Shown here in pieces: positions 10,631 through 19,356 of a DNA stretch of 64,000 bases (position 1 is its first letter; each line of letters begins with the position of its first letter). This stretch comes from Steroidobacteraceae bacterium (GTDB lineage Bacteria > Pseudomonadota > Gammaproteobacteria > Steroidobacterales > Steroidobacteraceae). The DNA lies in contig JAPZRU010000004.1 in NCBI GenBank assembly GCA_027531255.1, forward strand, positions 44,381 through 108,380, written 5' to 3'. The position numbers were made by a program, and so were the translations under genes. The notes beneath the pieces are model-generated. The model did no database searches. It was not told the DNA's origin and saw only the letters and a program-made list of their open reading frames with translations.

Positions 10631-11653
10631 TCAGGGCACGAGCACGATCTTGCCGAAGGCCTCGCGCGACTCCAGCAGGCCCTCGGCCTCGTGGACCGAG
10701 GCGAGCGGCAGCACCTTCTCGACGACCGGCACGAGCCTGCGCGTGCGCGCGAGCTCGACCAGCGCCTCGATGTCCGGGCGGCGCCAGCCGTCGGAGCCGA
10801 CGATGGTGTGCTCGAAGGACCACACGTAGCGGACGTCCACCTCTTCCTCGAAGCCCGCGGTGGCGCCGCAGGTCAGCATGCGGCCGCCGAGCTTCACGCA
10901 GCGCAGCGTGTCCTTCCAGGTCCTGCCGCCGGTGAAATTCACGGCGACGTCCACGCCGCCGGTGCCGATGACCTTCGGCTTGCCGACGATCCCCCAGACG
11001 GCCTCGCGCATGCTGCCGGAGCGGTAGTTCACGACGTGGTCCGCGCCGATCTCGCGCAGCCGCGCCCCCTTCTCGTCGGACCCGGCGCAGGCGATCACGG
11101 TCGCCCCGGCCAGCTTCGCGAGCAGCACGCAGGCCGTGCCGACGCCGCCGCTCGCTCCGAGCACCAGCACGGTCTCGCCGGCCTTCACGCCACCGCGCGT
11201 GTTCATCATCCGGTAGGCGGTGGCGTAGGCGAGGGGGATCGAGGCCGCCTCCTCGAAGCCGACCTCGGCGGGCAGCTTCAGCAGCATCTTCGAGTGCGCC
11301 TCGCAGTACTCGGCGCGGCCGCCGTGGAACTGCTCGCCGATGAACTTGTGGTCCGTCTCCGGGATCGGCATCGGGTCGACGAGCACGCGGTCGCCGAGGC
11401 TCCAGCCCGTCACGCCCGCGCCGAGCTCGACGATCTCGCCGGCGATGTCCGAGCCGATGATGATCGGCAACGGCAGCTTGATGCCCGGCATGCCGCGGCG
11501 GCTGAAGATGTCGTGGAAGTTGAGCGACGTCGCCCGGACGCGCAACACGACCCAACCCGGGCGGGCGGAGGGTTTCGGAAAGTCCTCGAGGCGTATGCGC
11601 TCGACGTCGCCGTGCTCGTGTACGACGGCGGCGCGCATGGTGGCGGGGCTCAT
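10631..11653 (-). CDS. zinc-type alcohol dehydrogenase / quinone oxidoreductase (MDR family)
   Basis: In ORF 10631..12454 the start is ATG at 11651-11653 (MSPATMRAAVVHEHG...), overlapping the upstream stop as ATGA. Contains GETVLVLGASGGVGTACVLLAKLAGA (Rossmann) and ends ...FGKIVLVP. Confidence 0.8.
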   Translation of the reverse strand: MSPATMRAAVVHEHGDVERIRLEDFPKPSARPGWVVLRVRATSLNFHDIFSRRGMPGIKLPLPIIIGSDIAGEIVELGAGVTGWSLGDRVLVDPMPIPETDHKFIGEQFHGGRAEYCEAHSKMLLKLPAEVGFEEAASIPLAYATAYRMMNTRGGVKAGETVLVLGASGGVGTACVLLAKLAGATVIACAGSDEKGARLREIGADHVVNYRSGSMREAVWGIVGKPKVIGTGGVDVAVNFTGGRTWKDTLRCVKLGGRMLTCGATAGFEEEVDVRYVWSFEHTIVGSDGWRRPDIEALVELARTRRLVPVVEKVLPLASVHEAEGLLESREAFGKIVLVP

Positions 11654-12522
11654 GGCTGGTAGCTCTCCTCGACGAATTCCACGAACAGGCCGTTGGCGTG
11701 GGACGGCGGTACGACGATCGCGCGCTCGGTCACGCGGTGCGGCACGCCGGCGTCGCGCAGCACGCGCCTCACCTGCGCGAGCGAACGCGCGCGGATCGAC
11801 ATCCCGATGCCGTGGGCGGGCTCCCCGCCCTGCAGTCCCGTGAACTCCGGCCAGCGCCGGCGTGCGGCATCCACGGCGTGGATCTCCATGCTCTGGCCGA
11901 GCGCGGTGCGGAACACGACACGCTCCCGGGACTGTTCCGCGGGCCGGCCGTCCATCAGCGTGCCGAAGAAATCGACGTCCTGGCCGACGTCCTGGGCGGC
12001 GTGATGGATCGTCACCACGTCGATCGCCGAGTTCGCGTGCGCCTGGTAGTCCGGGATCCAGATCGCCTCGGGCTTCGGGTGATCGGAGCGGAACAGCGAC
12101 ATCCGCGGCCGCTGCGCGTTGAAGGCGTACATCGAGCGGCTCGCCGTGTCGATCCAGCCGCCCACGGGCAGGCGCACGCGCCGCGAGGCGCCGTTGGGGA
12201 GCTTGATGTCGATCCCCGCCGCCTTCAGCGCCTCGTAGTCCGGTTCGAGCAGGTTCGAGGTGAACGAGGTCATGTAGTACCCGTCGAAGGACGGAAAGCA
12301 GCGGCGAAGATTCTCCTGGAGCGGCGCGTTTCGGCAGTGTTCCAGGTCGCCGAGCAACTCCAGGTAGGTGCGCTCGAACTGCACGATCGCATTCGACGTG
12401 CCGATCGTGACGTGCTCCATGATCGGCATCACGGTGAACCCGAGGCGGCGCCACGCCGCCGCCGCGAGCCCGAGGTCGTGCACGAAGACGACGAAGTGAT
12501 CGAGCGAGCGGTCGGTGAACAA
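11650..12522 (-). CDS. VOC / glyoxalase-like domain protein
   Basis: 290 aa with an N-terminal LDHFVVFVHDLGLAAAAWRRLGF glyoxalase-like beta-alpha-beta start. A second glyoxalase-like protein lies at 18565..19281. Confidence 0.55.
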   Translation of the reverse strand: MFTDRSLDHFVVFVHDLGLAAAAWRRLGFTVMPIMEHVTIGTSNAIVQFERTYLELLGDLEHCRNAPLQENLRRCFPSFDGYYMTSFTSNLLEPDYEALKAAGIDIKLPNGASRRVRLPVGGWIDTASRSMYAFNAQRPRMSLFRSDHPKPEAIWIPDYQAHANSAIDVVTIHHAAQDVGQDVDFFGTLMDGRPAEQSRERVVFRTALGQSMEIHAVDAARRRWPEFTGLQGGEPAHGIGMSIRARSLAQVRRVLRDAGVPHRVTERAIVVPPSHANGLFVEFVEESYQP

Positions 12523-12538
12523 TCTGGAACTCCGCGTG

Positions 12539-13636
12539 TCAGAGGTGACGGCGCAGCGCGCCGAGGAGCCGGTCGAGGTCGTCGCTGGCGTGGTCGGCGA
12601 AGGCCGCGATGCGGATCGCGCCGTGCGGGCCGGCGCCGACGTAGGTCGAGTAGATGACGAAGATCGCGTCCTCGTCGAACAGGCGCCGCTGCAGGGCCTT
12701 CATCTCGTCGGCCGTGCCGCGCACGAAAGTCGCGATGGGAGACTCGGTGTCCCCGACGTCGAGCCCGAGTGCGCGGAGGCCGGCCTTCAGGTAGCGCACG
12801 TTCTCGCGCAGCTTCTGCAGCCGATCCGGGTGCCTCGACAGATAGCCGAGGCTCGCCGCCAGCATCGCCGCGCCGGCGGACATCCCCGAGGCGGCGCCGC
12901 GCGCGGTCGGTGACTGCCATAGCGCGGCGATCGCCTCGGCCGAGCCGAGCGCGAGGCCGCCGTAGGCGGAGAAGGCCTTACCCAGCGAGCCGCCCGCGAG
13001 CACGCGGGGCCCGGCGACGCCGTGCGCCTCGAGGGCGCCGCGGCCGGTCGGGCCGATGACCCCGAACGCGTGGGACTCGTCGACGAACAGCCAACCGCCG
13101 TGCGGCTCCACCAGCCGGCGATAATCGACTAGCGGCGGCACCGTGCCGAAGGTCGCGAACATGCCGTCCGTGGCCACGAGCGGACGCTGCCCGTGCCGCA
13201 GCTCGCGCGCCATCACGCGCTCGAGGTCCGCGGCGTCCAGGTGCCGGAAGAAGTGCACGGGCTTGCCCGCCGCGGCCGCGCCCTCACGCAGGTTGTAGTG
13301 CGAGCTCTCGTCAAGGAACACGACGTCGTACTGCGCGGCCAGCCCGGTCATCGCCAGCAGCCCGAACAGGTAGCCGGTGGCGTAGTAGATGGCGCCGTCC
13401 ACGCGGAAGAACTCGCGCGCGGCCGCCTCGGCGTCCGCGTTCGCTGCGAGCACGAAGCGGTAGTGACGGGGGAGCTGGCCGGTGGAGCCGAGGGCGCGCA
13501 GCGCCGCCGCGCCAGCCTCGATCAGTTCGGGCTCGCCAGACAGCCCGAGGTAGCAGGAACCCCCGAAGTTCAGGAACGGGCGGCCGTCGGCCACCATGTT
13601 GGCGCAGCTCGGCGATTCGATGCGCAGGTCGGCCAT
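12539..13636 (-). CDS. alpha-oxoamine synthase family PLP enzyme (BioF/Kbl/CqsA/SPT superfamily)
   Basis: In ORF 12539..14389 the start is ATG at 13634-13636 (MADLRIESPS...). Contains FLNFGGSCYLGL, FVDESHAFGVIGPTGRG and the PLP-lysine motif GGSLGKAFSAYGG. It is the first gene of a five-gene minus-strand operon. Confidence 0.75.
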   Translation of the reverse strand: MADLRIESPSCANMVADGRPFLNFGGSCYLGLSGEPELIEAGAAALRALGSTGQLPRHYRFVLAANADAEAAAREFFRVDGAIYYATGYLFGLLAMTGLAAQYDVVFLDESSHYNLREGAAAAGKPVHFFRHLDAADLERVMARELRHGQRPLVATDGMFATFGTVPPLVDYRRLVEPHGGWLFVDESHAFGVIGPTGRGALEAHGVAGPRVLAGGSLGKAFSAYGGLALGSAEAIAALWQSPTARGAASGMSAGAAMLAASLGYLSRHPDRLQKLRENVRYLKAGLRALGLDVGDTESPIATFVRGTADEMKALQRRLFDEDAIFVIYSTYVGAGPHGAIRIAAFADHASDDLDRLLGALRRHL

Positions 13637-13672
13637 CTGGGAATGTCCCGATACGGCGTCGTAACCGGAGAG

Positions 13673-13686
13673 TATACGCCCGTATA
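13673..13686. promoter_or_regulatory. palindromic operator candidate TATACGCCCGTATA (site A)
   Basis: Perfect inverted repeat TATACG-N2-CGTATA in the 114-bp divergent intergenic region between 13636(-) and 13751(+). The extended context CCGGAGAGTATACGCCCGTATAGGTC is nearly identical to site B at 24710. Confidence 0.55.
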
Positions 13687-13750
13687 GGTCAATTCCAGTA
13701 GCGGACGGTCGTGTCCGGGCCCGGCCGTCTGCACAGCCCGGGGATCTCGC

Positions 13751-15478
13751 ATGACCGCCACTGTCCTCGCTTTCGTCTCCGCGCGGGTGATCGACACGGC
13801 CGCGGGCGCGGTGATCCCCGACCGCACGGTCGTCATCCGCGACGGCATCGTCGTGGCCGTCGGGGCCGACGGCGCGACGCCGATCCCGGCCGGCGCCACC
13901 GTGATCGACGCCCGCGAGCGCTACCTGTGCCCAGGCCTCGCGGACATGCACGTGCACGCGACCACGCCGCACGACCTCGCACTCTGCGTCGCGCACGGGG
14001 TGACGACCGTCCGTAACATGTGGGGCGAGTCGTCGATGCTCGAGCTCCGTCGGGCCGTCGAGCAGGGTTCGCTCCTGTGACCCCGGATCACGACCGCGGG
14101 GCGCATCGTGGACGGCGCGCCGGACATCGTGCCGGACGCCGTGCCGCTCAGGCACGCGATCGCCTCGGGCATGCGCACGATGGAACACTGCCTCGGGCTC
14201 AACCACGCGGTTTTCGCCGACCGTTCCCTCGCCAATCCGGACCTGTGGCTGTTCCAGCCGAAGTTGGTGCCGCTGCTCGAGCGCTTCGGCCGCGGCGAGC
14301 TGAAGCTGGAAGACGTCGTGGACGAGGCGGCGATCGACGAGATCGCGCGACTCGCGGCCACGCACGCGGTGTGGTTCGTGGCCACGCACTACGCGATGCG
14401 CAACTTCACGAGCCGGCCCGCCACGCCCAAGCCGGACGAGGATCGCTTCCTGTCGCCCGGCACGCGCGCGATCTGGCGGCTGTTCGCGGCGTTACCCGTA
14501 CCGGAAGCCGTGCTCCGCGGCGAGGACCAACGGTACCAGCTCCGCTCGCGCTGCCTGCTCGCGATCCACCGCGCGGGCGGGCGCGTGATGGTCGGCACGG
14601 ACGCCCCGGTGACACACGTGTACGTGGGCGCGTCCGTGGTCGACGAGATGGAGACGCTGGTCGAGGTCGGGTTCACGCGCGCGGAGGTGCTGCGTGCGGC
14701 GACGACCGAGCCGGCCCGCTACCTCGGCGTCGAGGGTGAGCGCGGCGAGGTGAAGGAGGGCGCGGTCGCGGACCTGCTGCTGCTGGACGGCGACCCGCTC
14801 GCGGACCTCAGTGCGCTGCGCCGGCCCGGCGGCGTGATGCTGCGCGGCCAGTGGCGCACGCGCGAGGCGCTCGATCGCTTGCTCGACGGGATCGCGACGC
14901 GCTTCGCGGCGGAGGAGTCGGCGTTCGCGGATCTGCCCGGTGCGGCGACCGGGCACGGTCGCCACGCGGACTTCGTCGGGGCCGGTGGGGCGGCGCTACG
15001 CGCGAGTTCCACGCCCGGCGAGTCGTCCCCGTCGGTGCAGGTCTGGCGGAAGGCCGCCGCGGGAGCGGACTGGCAGCAGAGCTTGCTCGAGGTGACGGCG
15101 GACGGCGTGGCGGATTCCGAGGCGCTGCAGGCGCTCGCCAATACGCCCGCCGAGGCTGCGATCGCGGCCGTGCTCGCCGCCCGGGTGGCCTCGGACATCC
15201 CGGACGGCGTGCCCGGGCGCGCCCGGCCGGACTACGTCGTCGAGTCTCGCTTCGGTGCACGCAGGCTGCGGCTGGTCGGCGGGAGCCACGAGGTGATCGA
15301 CGGACCTCACGGCTACGTCGGCACCACGCGCTGGCAGGCCAGCCTCGACGACGGACGCCGCTTCGAGTGCTGGGTCGGACTCGGCCGTCCCGGCGAGCTG
15401 TCGATGACGGGCGCGAACGCCGGGATGCCGCTGCGCTACGCGAGCGCGGACGCGCCGCAGTGGCGACGCATCCGGTGA
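13751..15478 (+). pseudogene. amidohydrolase paralog 2, disrupted by in-frame TGA (14078-14080) and an apparent internal deletion
   Basis: Track ORFs 13751..14080 and 14108..15478 share one frame. The sequence GSLL-TGA-PRITTAGRIVDG aligns to IPGPRIHTTGPILE (paralog 1) and SLVGPKVSVGSPLIDG (paralog 3), putting the stop at a conserved Gly. The segment containing the GHV/KxY metal-ligand region of the paralogs is missing between IVDGAPDIV and RHAIASGMRTMEH. Confidence 0.7.
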
Positions 15479-15515
15479 AGCCGCCGTCCTGCGCCGTCGG
15501 TCCGCGGAAGTCGAT

Positions 15516-16127
15516 CTACTCGAAGATGCCTTCCCGGAACAGCCGGCTCATGAACTCGTTGCGGCGCGCGACCGACGTCGGGTGGAACGGCGCCTTGTCG
15601 TAGAGCTTCGTGACGAACGGCGCGACGAGTGCCGGGCCGACGAAGTCGTAGATGAGGAAGAGCGTGGCCATGTCGCGGTCCACGCCGGGCTTCAGTTTGC
15701 CGCGGGCGGCCGTTGCGTTCACGAAGTGACGCATCGTGCGGAACAACTCGTCGAACAGGGCCTGGCTGCCGGCGGTGCGCTCGAAGAGTGCCGTCCGCAC
15801 GTACAGCATCACGGCACGGTTCCTCGCTACCCAATCGACCGCCACCCGCACCGCCGAGTCGATGGACATCGGGGCCTCGTTCTCGAGGATCGCGTCGTAG
15901 AGTTCGCGTACCGCGCCCAGCGCGTGGGCGTCGACTGCGCGGCGCAGGCCGTCCTTCGAGCCGAAGTGCGCGCGAACGAGCCCGATCGAAACTCCCGCCT
16001 CGGCTGCCAGCGTGCGCACGCTCGCAGCAGCGAAGCCGCGCTCAGCGAACAGCTTGAGTCCCGCCCGGATCAGCGCCTGCCGGCCCGGTGACAACTCGTC
16101 GAACGGCTCGCCTTCCGCTCTGTCCAT
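15516..16127 (-). CDS. TetR/AcrR family transcriptional regulator
   Basis: In ORF 15516..16247 the start is ATG at 16125-16127 (MDRAEGEPFDELSPGRQALIRAGLKLFAERGFAAASVRTLAAEAGVSIGLVRAHFGSKDGL), a TetR N-terminal HTH. Divergent from the TonB-dependent receptor. Confidence 0.85.
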   Translation of the reverse strand: MDRAEGEPFDELSPGRQALIRAGLKLFAERGFAAASVRTLAAEAGVSIGLVRAHFGSKDGLRRAVDAHALGAVRELYDAILENEAPMSIDSAVRVAVDWVARNRAVMLYVRTALFERTAGSQALFDELFRTMRHFVNATAARGKLKPGVDRDMATLFLIYDFVGPALVAPFVTKLYDKAPFHPTSVARRNEFMSRLFREGIFE

Positions 16128-16138
16128 CGCGTCCCCCC

Positions 16139-16183
16139 GGTCGAAAACCCTGATTATCGACCATCGGTATCGCGACGTCGCGA
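16139..16183. repeat. two palindromes just upstream of tetR start: GGTCGA-N12-TCGACC (16139-16162) and TCGCGACGTCGCGA (16170-16183)
   Basis: Read directly from the sequence. The second is a perfect 14-bp palindrome. Confidence 0.4.
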
Positions 16184-16329
16184 CCCGCACGGACGGGCCC
16201 GTTCGACCAGCGCGAGTCGCGGCGGCACAGGGGTCGAGGGGCGCCATCGGATGGCCGGCCGTTCGGATCTCGAAACCGTGTGGCGTCGAGCCAACACGCG
16301 CTGGCTCCCGGTGCGAATCCGTTGCGCCA

Positions 16330-16358
16330 TATACAGCCGTATAGTATACGTCCGGATA
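16330..16358. promoter_or_regulatory. tandem degenerate copies of the TATACG-N2-CGTATA palindrome (site C: TATACAGCCGTATA g TATACGTCCGGATA)
   Basis: Located in the tetR/TonB-receptor divergent intergenic region, about 80 bp upstream of the receptor ATG (16437). Shares the CCGGA flank with sites A and B on the opposite strand. Confidence 0.5.
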
Positions 16359-16436
16359 GTCGCATGCCGGCCGCGCGAGTAGTGAACGCAGCCGGTTCCG
16401 AACCGCTCACTGCCGACCAGACACCAGGGGGAGCCG

Positions 16437-18557
16437 ATGACTTCCAGCGTTGCGCTTCGGGTTGCCATCGTCGCGACACTGTTCGGAGCGGCCGCGCCTG
16501 CCGGTGCGCAGAACGCCTCCCAGGGGCCGATCGCGCAGTTGCAGGAGGTCGTCGTCACGGCCACCAAGCGCGAGCAGACGATCGAGGAGATCCCGCTGGC
16601 CGTCTCGACGATCGGCGAGGCGGAACTCGCGGAGCGCGGCATCACGGGGTTCGCGGACTACCTGCCGTCGATCGCCGGCGTGCAGTTCATCGACGGCGGC
16701 AACCTGTTCCAGAACTCGATCACGATCCGCGGCGTCGGCGACGGCAGCGGCTCGGCGCTCACGCAGACACCGGTCGCGGTCTACCTGGACGAGACGCCGC
16801 TCACGCTGTCGCAGGGCGCCCTGAACCTCGACTACTCCACGATCGGCGTCCAGCGCGTGACGGTCATCAAAGGCCCGCACAGCACGCTCTACGGTGCGGC
16901 CTCGCTCGGCGGCACCGTCAAGGTCGAGACGCGCAAGCCCTCGCTGACCGGCGGCCTCGTGAGCGCGCGGGCAGTACTCTCGTCGGTCGACGGCGGTGAC
17001 GTGGGCTACACGCTGGCGGGATCGGTGTCCGGCGCGCCGGTCGAGGGCACGCTCGGCCTGGAAGCCGCGGGATATCTCATCCAGCGGCCCGGCTACATCG
17101 ACGAACCCTCGCGCAACGCCGAGGACATCAACGACCAGAGGACGACCGGCGGCCGGTTGGCGATGCGCTACGCCCCGGTCGCGAACCTGACGATCGACGC
17201 AACGCTGTACTACCAGAAAACGGAACTGAGCAGCCTGAGCTACTGGGGTCCGCAGTTCGGCGACACCACCTCGCGCCCGCTGCTTTTCGACCAGCCGAGC
17301 GACGACGAGGTCACGCTCGGTTCGCTCGTCGTCCGATACGGTTTCGGAGCCTCCGAACTCGTGAGCGCGACCTCGTACTACGACCGCGAAGCGTCGGCGA
17401 AACAGGACTACAGTTCCAGTTTCTTTAACCTCGGGATTCCGGGTGCGGTCGTGACGAGCAGCATCGTCGCCCCGGCGAAGGTCTTCTCGCAGGAGGTTCG
17501 GCTGCTCTCGACCGGCGAGAACCGGTTCAGCTGGCTGGTGGGGGCGTTCTACTCGCGGGAGGACTACACCGAGGAGTTCTCGTTCAGGAACTCCGTGGCG
17601 GGTCCGCTGTTCGATGGCGTGAACGCGTATGTCTACGAGACGCTCGCCGCTTTCGGCGAGCTCAGCTACGAGCTCACGGATCGCCTGACGCTCACGGCGG
17701 GCGGTCGGTTCACCGACTACTCCGCGGACACCCGCCTGAACGTGACGGGTCTGTTCGCCGCCAGTCCCCCGGTCGATCGTACGGACAGCGAGACCGATGT
17801 CAGTCCGCGAGTCGCGGTGAACTACGATTACGGCGACGGCTCCATCTACGCGCAGGCGGCGAAGGGCTTCCGCGTCGGTCAGGTTAACGTGCCGATCGTG
17901 ACGCTGCCCGGCGAAGTCGTCCCGGCGTTCTTCGAGTCCGACAGCCTCTGGAACTACGAGATCGGCGCGAAGACGTTCTGGCTGGACCGCCGCCTGCAGG
18001 TGAACGCAGCGGCCTACTTCATCGACTGGAGCGACCTGCAATCCACGCTGCTCGCCGGCACCGGATTCACGTACATCGCCAACGTGGGGAGTGCCGAGAT
18101 CCGCGGACTGGAGCTCGAGACCGTCGCGCTGCTCGGCAGCGGCTTCACCTGGTCGACGGCCCTGTCCTTCAACGACGGCGAGCTCGCGGAGGACGTCCCG
18201 ACCGTGGCTAGGAAGGGCACCCGCCTGCCGGGAGTCCCCGACTTCACGTTCAACACCGCGCTGCAAAAGGACTTCTCGATGGGCGGTCGTCCGGGCTTCG
18301 CGCGCGTGGACTACCTGCACTACGGCGACTACGACAACGCGTTCCCCACTGCGCTGGGCGGCAGCCGGAAGAACGGCGACTACGACAAGGTCGACCTGCG
18401 CGTCGGCATGATATTCGGCGACTTCGAGGTGGCGGTGTTCGGTACCAACCTGCTCGACGAACGGCCGATCCTGTTCCGGCAGAACTCGGTGGGCTCGGAG
18501 GAGGTCAGTACGATCCAGCCGCGGTCCTACGGCGTGTCCTTCTCCTACGGCTTCTGA
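16437..18557 (+). CDS. TonB-dependent outer-membrane receptor
   Basis: 706 aa with signal peptide MTSSVALRVAIVATLFGAAAPAGAQ, a TonB-box/plug region (LQEVVVTATKREQTIEEIPLAVS), beta-barrel repeats and a terminal ...YGVSFSYGF aromatic residue. Confidence 0.9.
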   Translation: MTSSVALRVAIVATLFGAAAPAGAQNASQGPIAQLQEVVVTATKREQTIEEIPLAVSTIGEAELAERGITGFADYLPSIAGVQFIDGGNLFQNSITIRGVGDGSGSALTQTPVAVYLDETPLTLSQGALNLDYSTIGVQRVTVIKGPHSTLYGAASLGGTVKVETRKPSLTGGLVSARAVLSSVDGGDVGYTLAGSVSGAPVEGTLGLEAAGYLIQRPGYIDEPSRNAEDINDQRTTGGRLAMRYAPVANLTIDATLYYQKTELSSLSYWGPQFGDTTSRPLLFDQPSDDEVTLGSLVVRYGFGASELVSATSYYDREASAKQDYSSSFFNLGIPGAVVTSSIVAPAKVFSQEVRLLSTGENRFSWLVGAFYSREDYTEEFSFRNSVAGPLFDGVNAYVYETLAAFGELSYELTDRLTLTAGGRFTDYSADTRLNVTGLFAASPPVDRTDSETDVSPRVAVNYDYGDGSIYAQAAKGFRVGQVNVPIVTLPGEVVPAFFESDSLWNYEIGAKTFWLDRRLQVNAAAYFIDWSDLQSTLLAGTGFTYIANVGSAEIRGLELETVALLGSGFTWSTALSFNDGELAEDVPTVARKGTRLPGVPDFTFNTALQKDFSMGGRPGFARVDYLHYGDYDNAFPTALGGSRKNGDYDKVDLRVGMIFGDFEVAVFGTNLLDERPILFRQNSVGSEEVSTIQPRSYGVSFSYGF

Positions 18558-18564
18558 AGCCCGG

Positions 18565-19281
18565 ATGAGCGCGCGGCCGCCGCTCGATCACCTGGTCTAC
18601 ACGGTACCGAGCCTCGCGGAAGGTAGCGAGGCGGTCGCCCACGCCCTCGGGCTCGAACTGACCGAGGGCGGCGCCCATCCAGGGGTAGGGACGGCCAACA
18701 CGCTCGCTTCGCTCGGGCCGGGTGTCTACCTGGAGGTGCTCGGCCCCGACCCCGCCACGCCGCGCGAACGGTGGGGAGAACTCGGGATCGAGCTCGCGCG
18801 CGACGAGTGGCCGGACATCGTCACATTCGCGGCGGCAAGCGAGGACCTCGAGGCGGCGGCGAGTCGCGCCGCCGGACTCGGCCTCCGGTCGGCGATCCTG
18901 GAAACGAGTTCGAGGCGTACGCCCGACCGTCGCCTGCTGCGGTGGCGCGGCATGTACGTGTTCTCGGCGGACTACCTCGGGCTCGTGCCGTTCATGATCG
19001 ACTGGGGCGATACCCCGCATCCGTCGGCCACGGCGGTCCAGGGGGCGACGCTCGCATCGGTCTTCGTCACGCACCCGCGACCGCAGCCGCTGCGCGAGAT
19101 CTACGAGGCCCTGGGCGTGTCGATCCCGGTGATCGAGGGCAGTCGCCCCGCCATGGTCGCGCACCTGCGCCACGGCGCACGCGAGTTCGTGCTTACGGGT
19201 AGCGGTAGAGGTCTCCCTGCACAGCGTCGCGGCGCCGCCGCGTTACTCGGCCGGCTACAACAGGACGTTCGAAGTGTCTGA
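18565..19281 (+). CDS. glyoxalase-like (VOC) domain protein
   Basis: 238 aa starting LDHLVYTVPSLAEGSEAVAHALGL...GTANTLASLGPGVYLEVLGPDP. Begins 8 nt after the receptor gene. Confidence 0.5.
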   Translation: MSARPPLDHLVYTVPSLAEGSEAVAHALGLELTEGGAHPGVGTANTLASLGPGVYLEVLGPDPATPRERWGELGIELARDEWPDIVTFAAASEDLEAAASRAAGLGLRSAILETSSRRTPDRRLLRWRGMYVFSADYLGLVPFMIDWGDTPHPSATAVQGATLASVFVTHPRPQPLREIYEALGVSIPVIEGSRPAMVAHLRHGAREFVLTGSGRGLPAQRRGAAALLGRLQQDVRSV

Positions 19282-19356
19282 ACGAGGCGGGGCGCGAAAC
19301 GAGCCGGCGCTTCGGCCTTCACATCGAGACCTGGGCGCGACGCGAGCCGTTCGTGT

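Noticed and set aside
14078-14080. The in-frame TGA as a selenocysteine or programmed read-through codon.
   Set aside because: The aligned residue in both paralogs is a structural Gly, not Cys or Sec. I see no convincing SECIS-like hairpin immediately downstream. The gene also carries an internal deletion, so a pseudogene is the simpler reading.
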